Of a stretch of 64,000 nucleotides of DNA, positions 53,601-64,000 are shown piece by piece. The notes under the pieces were generated by a model. It ran no database searches. It saw nothing but the letters and a program-made list of their open reading frames with translations, and was not told the DNA's origin. Numbering within the stretch: position 1 is the stretch's first letter; each line of letters begins with the position of its first letter. Source of the stretch: Tubiluchus corallicola (taxonomy: Eukaryota; Animalia; Priapulida); the NCBI GenBank assembly GCA_030141605.1, contig JAQGDQ010000362.1, forward strand, positions 1-64,000, given 5' to 3'. The position numbers were made by a program, and so were the translations under genes.

Positions 53601-54379
53601 TTCTTATAAAAAACCATTAAGTTTACGAGAAATGAACACATGAGAATGTGCCGGATCCAAGCACATCAGTGCTTCCATTCTAGTTTACTGTGATTACATG
53701 ATTGTAACTAGGCGGAGACTGGTGGTATTCATCAGAGGATAGAGTTGCCCCTGCAAATGTGTCAAGAATGTGAAGCTTGCATATGTAATACAGACATGGT
53801 GTATCATTTTACTATTTTCACGTCTCAACGCGTTAAGCAGTAGTGAGTCTGTGTTACGTCTCGAAATATCACATCACCAAAATAAAGTGTGGCATCAACA
53901 ATGAGAATTACAGCATTATTATGGTTTGCAACACGGAGCGCGCTTGCAACTTGCATTCAATATGCATTTTCGAAAAAAGTTTGCGGTGTTCGGTAGTTTA
54001 ATTACAGGTAATTCTTATATGTGATATAATTCTTATATAGTATTTATGTTACAGACAAATTATGCAAAATTTAGACATTGCAGGCTTCTCATATAACTCA
54101 TAGGAAAAATGTCAAATAAATGTTTTTGTTGCGGCACTTTACACTTTACCTAAGCGTTTTGCATAATAGCTAGAATGTATAGTCGTACAGTTAATTTATT
54201 CGCCAACTTACTTTCTGATGAAATAATTTCCTCAAAGTGTAAAATGAACATAATTCGCAAAACAGAAATTTGAGCCAGAAAGGACATGATTAAGAGTACA
54301 GGATTAAGAGGGTTCGGTTCAAGTAAATGTTACAAAATTTCGTTAAAAATAACGCAGCAAGCAGCTGTTTCTATAAATA

Positions 54380-54672
54380 ACGCAGCGAGCGGTTACGACA
54401 GTTGTTTGTAAAAATTACACAACAAGTACTACAATGGTTCTTTGCAGAAGGTTCTTGCCGAAACCTAACGTCGGTTCAAGCTAACGCAGTATGTAGTTGT
54501 TGCTATGAAAAACGCAGTGAGCGGCACAACAGTACGCAGCGAGCGGTTACGACAGTTGTTTGTAAAAATTACACAACAAGTACTACAATGGTTCTTGCCG
54601 AAACCTAACGTCGGTTCAAGCTAACGCAGTATGTAGTTGTTGCTATGAAAAACGCAGTGAGCGGCACAACAG
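54380..54672. repeat. Two-copy tandem repeat (140-153 bp unit) in the 3' flank of tRNA-Phe copy 1
   Basis: ACGCAGCGAGCGGTTACGACAGTTG...TTGCCGAAACCTAACGTCGG...GCGGCACAACAGT occurs twice, near-identical apart from a 13-bp indel. Confidence 0.92.
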
Positions 54673-54710
54673 TTGCTTAAGCAGCACAATTAAGAAGTCG
54701 CAAAAATTTA

Positions 54711-54783
54711 TGCCGAAACCCGGGATTGAACCAGGGACCTTTAGATCTTCAGTCTAACGCTCTCCCAACTGAGCTATTTCGGC
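54711..54783 (-). tRNA. tRNA-Phe(GAA), copy 1
   Basis: GCCGAAATAGCTCAGTTGGGAGAGCGTTAGACTGAAGATCTAAAGGTCCCTGGTTCAATCCCGGGTTTCGGCA, 73 nt, canonical metazoan tRNA-Phe; T5 Pol III terminator at 54702-54706. Confidence 0.98.
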
Positions 54784-55779
54784 CGTGGTGATAAACCTCC
54801 TTTTAGTGAAAAGAGTTACTCTGTATGATAAGAAAATAAAAAAAAATCTTAACAGGAAAGCTACAGTAGGTCTAATACTCCTTCTTAGCCTGTAACATTC
54901 AGTTTTGTCAGCTTCAAGCCTCTATTGGGCTGTTATCATATTTGCGCTTTGTAGTCCGGTCAAGCTTAGTTGAGCAGGGTTAACTGTTGTTCGAGAGTGC
55001 TCGTTAACATTTATCATAATTAATAATGTGGCTTACCACGGGTTTCGGTGAAGTCTGTCATTGGTTTTTGTTCACCGTCAACTGATCTGCATAGTGTGAT
55101 GCTGCAGTATTAGCTTCTTATTTTTCTATGTTTCAGATATGCTTTGTATTTGTTTGACACATCGACAAATGCCCACACTTTAATTTGTATTGCCGCCTTC
55201 TTGCTGGGTTTGCACAAAGTGCAAGCCATGGCTCGTTTCCTTTCAATTTTAACCAACACACGATAATGTCCGCTCTTATTGTATTTTTCAACTAGCTATT
55301 ATGATTTCATTTTGTATCTAACCTGTATTATTTTTTTGTTATTAATACTGCTTACGGTTTCAACTTTTATTAATGATTCTGTGAGTATGAGGGAGAAAAC
55401 TAACGTACGCACGGCCGAGTAAACAGCATATTTGTTACATTGCTAGGAGTGGAACATTTAACAAGCCACCGCAAATTTTTTCCAAATTTAATCAGCGATG
55501 CAGCGTTGTTGCATGCACATGAGTGCAATTAAACAAATAGTTTTTAATCCGAAGATTTGTCTGTATTTTGGTTTGAATGAAATTTTTTGAATCTTTCACT
55601 ATTGAGAATGCAAAACAGAACTACGAGCCAGAAATGATAACATTAAGAATATATGTTTTTAAGGGTTCGGTTCACGCTAACGTCAAAAATAACGCAGTAA
55701 GTAGTTGTTGGTATGAATAACGTAGTGAGCGGCCACAATAGTTGCTCAAGCAGCACAATTAAGAAGTCGCAAAAATTTA

Positions 55780-55852
55780 TGCCGAAACCCGGGATTGAAC
55801 CAGGGACCTTTAGATCTTCAGTCTAACGCTCTCCCAACTGAGCTATTTCGGC
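55780..55852 (-). tRNA. tRNA-Phe(GAA), copy 2
   Basis: Identical to copy 1; T5 terminator at 55771-55775. Confidence 0.98.
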
Positions 55853-58156
55853 TACTACACAAATGTATTTTGTGGCTAGGGTGTCGTTTCTGTTGTTCCG
55901 GAATAGCGATTTCATTGCGCAGTACTCATGCGCTAATCGATAACCCTATAGGTGGCAGCACCTAACATTCAATAGAATCCATGCGCGACTCAATCTTGGC
56001 TCGTAGTTTTCTAGTTCAATTATTGTTATATTAGTGTTGGTACAAGCTTATTTATTCATAATTATTTTTAAAAAGAATGGGGTAATTTCGCTCTGTTAAG
56101 AACTTGCTGCTTTCCTGTTAAATATTGTAGCTTCACTTCTGACAACTGAAATTATGACTTCAAAGGATGCTATCGTATTGCTTTTTTGTAACTTTACTGT
56201 GGTATAGGTCTCTACGTTTGGCAAACTACGCCCTTATAATTTAGGAACTGTAAGCTAATTAGTTGGTGCCGTTCGTGTTCACGTGTTTAATATTTTTTGT
56301 CTTTTTTGGTGCGTGTTTTACTCATTACGATCTTCATGTACTTTGGCTCAATAAATCATTTGCATTTCTTCTACGCATTAAAATTATCTATAGATAGGCC
56401 TACGGTCCTACACAAACCACATGCGGCATTATCATTTCGCTGTACTCATTTAAGTCTAGTGATTGGTGAAAGACGCTTATGCTGAAAAATTATAGGCTTG
56501 GTGTTTTTTATTTTATGAAAAAAACATTAGGTCCTAACATAAATGAAGATAAAAATAGGCCTAAAAATGACGATGGACTTAATAGTTGTTTTCAACCCTG
56601 TTTTTGCTATTCTTATTTTTTTAAATAAAGTAGTCTACTGCTGCTATTGGGTTCTGCTTTATGTAATGTACAATTGCATTTTTATGGATCTAAATAAATT
56701 CAAATAAATATTTAACAGGCCTACACAATGCAGGTTTACAAGCATTTAACGAGCTACAGTGACCGACCATTCAACTACTAGCTGATGAATTTGTGAAACA
56801 AACCTCTTTAAAACGAGACGTATGTTACTTTATTAAGATAATTCGTTTGTGACATAAACTTATGGTTTGATAAAATAACAAAGGAATAAGCTGCGTCACG
56901 GCTGCGCTTTCGAAGTATCACCAGGGACGACACGGTTTGCCTTTCTACCTCATTATATAACGAGTCCTACAATAAAAAGTAACTTCGAAGTTTACTTCAT
57001 CTTTCGCTGCGCTAGCAATAAATGTCTGCACTCAAATTTACAAATAACCCTCGACAATTATTACTTCCCGGACGCCTGCATGTGCATTGTGCGACCTGTC
57101 GTTTTCTCTTAATACTGACATCAGCAACTCGTTCCCCATGTATACGCCATTATCCAATTGTCATAATTCGACGCGTCTGTGAACTGTCATAGATTTTCTC
57201 ATTGGTCAACTACACAAGCTTAACTACACCTGATGGCATTTTTTATGATTTTTTTCAAAGACTGAGACAAGAGAGGGATGGATGCCATCCCCAGGTGGTC
57301 TGACGCGTGGCAGAAGAGCAAGCTCATAGAAAATCTCTCGTGTGCGAAACTACCTACTAATAACAATGGAGGTATCATGGAGGTATATTATCAAAATTAG
57401 ATCTGTCATTGTGTAATGCTGTTCATGACGACTAATGATACTTGTGTGTTGTGTTAACCCGCCTAAATTAAGCTGCATATAGAGCTTTCTATAGGATCGG
57501 CCAGACTTTGTCTGGTTAACGATAGTGAAGTAATTTGAGGAGGTGCTTTTTGGCAATAAAATTCGGCTTCAAAGTTTTTTATATCAATCATATTACTGGA
57601 AAAAATTATAAGAAATGATACAGATTTGCTAGTAATATCTGCAGCTAAACATAAAAAAGACATGTTAAAGGCTAAACTAATAGGTACCAGGCTTGTGGCT
57701 ATTGTGTTTGTAATTGAGCAAATAACAAGCACGCTCTCTGCCTCATGCGGTGGTGCTCTTTTAACAAAAGCCGCCATATTTACTAAAGAATGGCTACAAT
57801 TTTGCTTTAAAACTACTGGGTGCAATCGCTTAAATGGTTGAAATAAAGATTATGGTGAATGGTGCACGCCGCACAGCGTGGTGGTTCTTTTGTGAACTGA
57901 TTATGATGATCAAACTGCTCGTCTGTGAATGCAGGGGAGTACAATAAAGTATCATAATCTTATTTGAGAACTATAGACAGTATATTTAGCCTCAGCTAAT
58001 TATCCTATAATTTTTAATAATTATGTTAGCTAAATAAAGAATACCCCCTGTATGAGCTCTACACAATATCAAACAAGTCTACATAGCAGGCTATAGAGCT
58101 AGGGAAAACCGTTAACTATAAATTAAAGTGGCAATGGCAATTCTTATGCGTTAAAG

Positions 58157-58489
58157 CAGTGGTTCCCAAAGTAGGGGTAAATTACCCCCCGGGGGTAATA
58201 TGGTTTTTTTTTTGGGGGGGGGGGGGGGTAACGGGCACCCCTCTGAAAATTTTTAAAACTTCGCTCGGAATGCATTTTACGTAGTTTTCTTCTTGAAGAG
58301 ACTGCCTACAACAACGACACCTGGAAATTTATTTATGTCACGAGCAAACATAAATAATTTTGCTTGCTTGTGGCATGTACGTGTGTTTACTTTTTGAGTT
58401 GGAGAAGTAGTACTAGGTGGGGGGGGGGTAATGGACACGACCGGGTTTCCCGATTTGGGTAACGGTCCGAGAAAGTTTGGAAACCACTG
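58157..58489. mobile_element. hAT (Charlie/Buster-type) MITE, 333 bp
   Basis: TIRs CAGTGGTTCCCAAA / TTTGGAAACCACTG; perfect 8-bp TSD CGTTAAAG (58149-58156, 58490-58497) with NNNTANNN signature. Confidence 0.93.
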
Positions 58490-60110
58490 CGTTAAAGTAT
58501 AGTGAAAAGAATGGTCTATCACATTGTAAAGCAATCTCGCTTACTTCACGAGATTTTTTACTTACAGGGAAAGTTCGTGACCTTGAAAAATCAAAGGAAG
58601 CTATCACTTTTTTAACGAGTGAAAATGTGGATCGGCTGGATCCCGACGATAAAACGCCCTGTACACTATCATGCTTATAAAGATCATTTGCAGGAATAAT
58701 AAGAATTGGGATATGGCTGAAGATGGCCTGTCGCTTGCTAAACCATATTATTTTGTATAACCAAGTGCTTTTCAGGAAACAGCACCATGCAGCCTAACCT
58801 CTGTTCCTGATGCGGCTATACCCTCCGTATGCTGACACTGCCTTTAGCAGTGAGCAGCTCGACCTAATCTATAGTATAGCGAGTTATGGTTGCCATCAGT
58901 GCTGCCGTTTATACAATGTTTGTTACATTTGGCTACCACTTTAAGCATTACACGTAGTTAGCTCCTTTTTTCTAGTCTTGTAACGCATTACTACTGCCTT
59001 TGCTCAGGTCACAGCATGGCTCCTTGTATAAATGTATTTACAATAAATTAAATTTCTCTCTTCATTTTCTACATAAGGCCAATTATGTTACTTAGCCCTA
59101 AACAATTTTTTACTTTTTTCCCACTGTATCGCAATGATTTCTTTGATTCTGTGAGCGCATTATAAAAAGTAATCAGATTCAGACGTTTTGGTTTAATTTC
59201 ACACGAGCAGCGAAGTATTGTTGCTTCAATAATTATAAATTTTATCATATTTCTTATTAAGCATCGACATATAAAGCACGCACTGATTTTGTTTTTATGC
59301 TATTTGGTGCACAGTTTCTATGCTTTTTCAGCGTTCTGTGTTACAGAATTGATAAAATGGCACTTTCGCGCAAAGCTTAGTTGGCGTGTGTCCCATAATA
59401 AATTCTTTGTACGAAACCGACGTAATTAAATGAAGTTTATGACTTGGACAGGATACTGGATAGAAGTACGTGCGTTTTCAAAGTGTTATTGAAATCCGAC
59501 ACCGAAAAGGAACATTAGGAAAACGGTTGTAAACCTTGGAATGCGAAAATCCATGTAATTTTACACCTAAAAGACCTTTGTTCTCTATGAGCAACAAAAT
59601 TTTTCACGAAAAGCGTAAATATGAAATCATTTAGTTAGTGAGAGAAGCAGATTATTGTGAACAACAAGTTGACTGCGTTGCATCTAATAACATTTTCACT
59701 GCAGTATTTGCGTAAATAACCTCACCCGTCCAAGATTACCCTTCCTTAGATACGCTTGCATGCTATGAGAATTGTTGTGCATAACTTCCTTTCGCAGTAG
59801 GTCTAACCCAGCCCCTTAACCGCGTGGCGAGTGACTCATTTGTGTCGGCTTGACGGATGTTCTATTCAATTTAGTCTGTCGACCGGAATTCACTTGTTTG
59901 TTTACAAGGTTTTTTACGAACCGATTTGCTATAAATGTGCACGCGTTTATTGGAACTAGTGCCACAATTGTGATAAAACAGAACAGATTTAGCAACACTA
60001 CATCATACATATCAATACTAGAGGCAACTGTAATAAGCCATAATTGATTGAAAATGTTAGAAAACTAAATGAAAAGTGAACATCAGTAGGAAAGAAAAAA
60101 GAAAAAAGGG

Positions 60111-60113
<3 letters not shown>

Positions 60114-60198
<85 letters not shown>
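60114..60198. repeat. (GA)n microsatellite
   Basis: Direct reading. Confidence 0.97.
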
Positions 60199-60201
<3 letters not shown>

Positions 60202-62284
60202 GTATAACATCAGCAATTTGCCTCATCGTGGCAGTGGGCGAGCGTCCATAACAACGGTGTTAGACATTTAAGAAAGCTTATACAGAAACGAATGCACACA
60301 AACCTTAATTAAGAGAAACGCAAACTGTCCTGGCAATAATTCTAACCAATAATAACAAAAACGTACACAATGTGTGCACGCTTAGTGTACATTATAGTAA
60401 CCGATCTATATAAATATTTGACCACTCGCATCAGCTAACATGGCTACATCGTCTAATTAAAATTTCGCCTTCTCAAGAACAGCAGAGTAAATAATGAATC
60501 TTTGTGCTCAACGAAATTCAATATTTGCTCTGCGATAATCTTCGTAAATCAGAAAATCGCTATTGTGAACGTGTTATTATTTTTTTGCATAGTTATAGGC
60601 ATGTAATACCTATAACTATAGCAGCGTATTTAATCATCAACGTTATTGAATTTACCCATTGTTTAGTAAGCTAGCAACGCTTAGTAATTCTCTGCTATTT
60701 ACTGTAATAAGATCGGTAAGATGTTTATTTATAGTAAGCTGGTAAAATTTCTGACGTAAAGCCATGGCTGAACCCAACTCACTATTTGGTTGTTGTCTGT
60801 AATCAACTGTTCAAAAATTTTGCCAGATTTAATCAGCAAGGAATGTCTTATGAATAAAAAAATCCTGGACACTGGAAGCTTGCAACAAACACCCACCTGC
60901 AAAATTTACTTATTATATTTTTGGCTATGGAAGAAATTGTTCAAGATTATTCTTGTCCATTCAGGTTTAAGTTTATCTTACACAATGTATTTCTAAGAGA
61001 AACTTGACAAAATTCTCCAATATGCGACAGTGTGATAGATGAAGCTGCTTGGAATAGTTTTTGCCCGGTTACTAATGCATTTACTAACCAGATAAAGCTT
61101 TGCTTAACTTCGGTCACTAAACTTACACCGTTACTACTCAGCTGTTCTGTTATAAATACTAATTATTAATTATAGCAGTTTGCACAAATCTGTTTGGACT
61201 AACATTTGCAGAAATGTAGTCGATATTGAAAGCACAAGCTTTGTTATTGTTGTTGTTTTTAATCCCTATTTTAAAAATTTTATATACATGTTCATGTCCG
61301 CTCAGCCTCTGCAACAACATTAAAACTATTTGTTGTACATAGCTTATTAAAAATACTGTATTATGTAGTCTATCATTATAGTTGTTTCCTGCTTGTTTAT
61401 AGAGTCCTGTTATAACCTGGAATTGTGCTTCAATTGATTTATTCTATACATACATCTGGTTTATTCTATACATACATCAAGAATTTATATAAAAATAATA
61501 ACAAAGTTTGAGTATCAATCTGAACCCATGCCGTAAATATTACTGTAATTGTCCAATGATATGTCATACATAATCATGAAGCTTTCGTGGTAACCTCTGT
61601 TTATTTTTGAAATCTTTATTTTTGAATTCCTTGCAGCAGTTTTTCAGCTAGTTCTTTATTTCCACCCGGTTCACAAGCGTTAATGCCAAATGATATCAGA
61701 GACACATGCCACTATAATGGGATGCTTTTCTAACTGTTCACAAAAGCGGAACTTGAAAACAAACGCTACTTTCATAATTGGATAACGGCGCTTGGCGTAT
61801 GCTGCTTTGGGTGCATGAAGTACAGGCATTTAGCCAATTTAATTTCAATAATAATTTCTTTTGTTATCATGGAACAAGTTATTTCTCAATTGTGCATGCC
61901 TGCAGGCGGCTGTCATTATGCAATAAAATAATTATTCATAACTAGCGTAGGTACAGTTTTCCCAGTTTATATAAATGCTTATTTATAATTATAATATATC
62001 TGCGTTTGTGACATAGCAGGTGCGCAATAAAATTAATATTATTCTCAAGTACGGGACGCAGAATTATCATAATGGTGCTATTAACATTTGTCAGACTGAA
62101 TGATTTGACTAATGTGGCAGCGTATATGTGGAAATTGATTGACGACAAAAAAGATCTATACAAAAATGGCCTTTCAGTGTGATGGATCTTAACTTCTTAC
62201 TCAAGTCAAGGATGCAGCAAAGGACGCACGAAATATAAGCCTTATTATTCACAGCATTACGCATGATAGGAATCAGATATTGAA

Positions 62285-62490
62285 GTGGTGATGACGATTA
62301 TGACGGTAATGATAATGATGATGATGATGATGATGATGATAATGATGATGATGATGAAGGTGATGATGACGTTGATGACGATAAATATAATGGTGATGAT
62401 AATGATGTTTGGAACAGTCATGGGATGATGACAATGGCGATAATTGTCGGTGACGATAATAATTATGACAATGAGAACGATAATAAAAGC
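62285..62490. repeat. (GAT)n and degenerate GAT/GAC/AAT repeat
   Basis: Direct reading. Confidence 0.88.
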
Positions 62491-62685
62491 AAGGATAAAG
62501 TTGATTGTGACGCCATTAAATTAAATATCAGAATTACTTTTGACATACATGCTGTGTTGTTTCGTGACTATTATATCTTAAAAAAACCAAGTAGGTCTAT
62601 TTTATTCTATAAATTATATTAACTATTTAATTATTTGGCAGTCCTCTACTTCAAGTAACTGAGGCCGTATATCAAGTATATACTA

Positions 62686-62790
62686 CAGGGGCGGATACAG
62701 GGTTTAGAAAAAGCGTGAGCCCAACGAAAAAGCAGCTAGGGGGTCTGGGGGAGCGCTGTAAGCTCCCCAAGCAGGGTCCGCCATTGCATT
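62686..62790 (+). mobile_element. 5' end of a hAT-like non-autonomous element
   Basis: CAGGGGCGGATACAG terminus followed by GGGGTCTGGGGGAGCGCTGTAAGCTCCCC, a common subterminal motif; a possible right end ...GGACCCCTG at 63733 has no matching TSD. Confidence 0.5.
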
Positions 62791-64000
62791 TTACTGTATT
62801 TTAGACCATTTTTCTTGCTATTTCCTCAAGCAAATTCAATATGTTTAAAACTCATTATGTCACCTCAAACTTTTGACTTTTAATTACATATCAATATATT
62901 AGTATATAGTGTATATGACGTATATAACTTTTATGTTTTTTGAAAAGTAGAACCTTCGTGCTATGTGAATTTTGCAGGTATTAAATTTTAATAAAGGTAT
63001 TGCTAGAATTTATTCTAGCACTGCTAAAATCTCTGAATGTAAATCTATGAGTGGAATTATGTAAATAATTAAGTATATGAATTGATTAGGCAGATCTGTG
63101 GAAACAGGATAAAAAATTAGCGCAATGCTAAAAATAGATATGAGAATTTTTTGTGATAATTTTAATTTAAACAGGCCATATACAACAACTGCATTTTCAT
63201 TGGTAATTCATTGTTCGACTGTCATAAATGTACAATATGTGACGTAAAGCACACTGCACTATCTGCACCTGAAGTATTTTTTTAAGTAGAGGAACGTAAT
63301 GCCTTTTGGCTTAAACCTCTCCTTACGTCTCTACAGATATCAATAATAATAATTGTATGTTTTGAAGTGTAGATCTTAAATGATGCGGCAATTCTCAAAC
63401 TATAATTACATGCCAAATAAATTTTTCAACTACAATAAGCTATTGAATTTCTGCGGTTTGATAAAAGATTTAACTCAAACGTTAACAATACTTTTTAAAT
63501 TATGATAAAAATCATGATATTTTGCATAGATATTATAATGCCATTATGAAACCTTGATGGGTAGGTTCGCAGCCTGGAGGGTGGTTTTAGCCGAGGTAAA
63601 ACTTATCATTATCAAGTAATTGGAGATTATACTTAACGTGCTGAATGACGCCACAATTAAAATTGCAAAATTTCAATAAAAGCTAATGATTAGCATTTTT
63701 CTGATCTTCCTGCATGATTGAATCGGACCCCTGCCTAACCTAAATTGGGACGAAACGATTGGTACTCATGATGCTTATTTCCTTGCTATTGTGTGCCGAT
63801 TCTCCCACCCGCGACGAGCGTGGGACCCAAGACAAAATGATAGGCTGAGCTAGAAAATTGAAAATCATCGACAATTGAGTTTGATGGGTACTGATGACAA
63901 CTCCGCCCATCTTACTATGTTTGAAGTTGGGAGGTCTAGACACAGGGCAACTGTAAATTATCTTTAGATTTTGACAAATAATAAAATACGGGTAACTTTC

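Noticed and set aside
54380-54672. CRISPR-like repeat array
   Set aside because: Only two long tandem units without unique spacers; eukaryotic context, no cas genes.
62686-63733. Full-length 1 kb hAT element
   Set aside because: Right terminus matches only partially and the flanks show no 8-bp TSD; only the left end is reported.

Overview
AT-rich invertebrate animal genomic DNA with spliceosomal introns; no prokaryotic features. There are two protein-coding genes, arranged head-to-head with ATGs ~5.1 kb apart. (1) TSG101/Vps23 lies on the minus strand: 7 coding exons reconstructed from 8469 down to 289, and the gene continues off the left edge. Its introns carry decayed non-LTR retrotransposons and are strongly CpG-depleted. 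(2) A Cip/Kip CDK inhibitor (p21/p27/p57/dacapo family, 210 aa) lies on the plus strand, with coding exons 13554-14088 and 16598-16695, a ~17.7 kb CpG-rich, E-box-rich second intron and a probable non-coding last exon (34431-~36000). The right half is intergenic. It holds a 2.06 kb hAT-type foldback element with ~0.8 kb inverted arms and an 8-bp TSD, two identical tRNA-Phe(GAA) genes with a duplicated 3' flank, a hAT MITE with a perfect TSD, other TE relics and microsatellites. The most interesting candidate is a tandem 3' splice site built from the PIP-box Phe-Phe codons of the CDK inhibitor. Its use would delete the PCNA-binding/CRL4-Cdt2 degron and open an alternative frame ending in the last exon. 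All calls are by eye; no searches were run.
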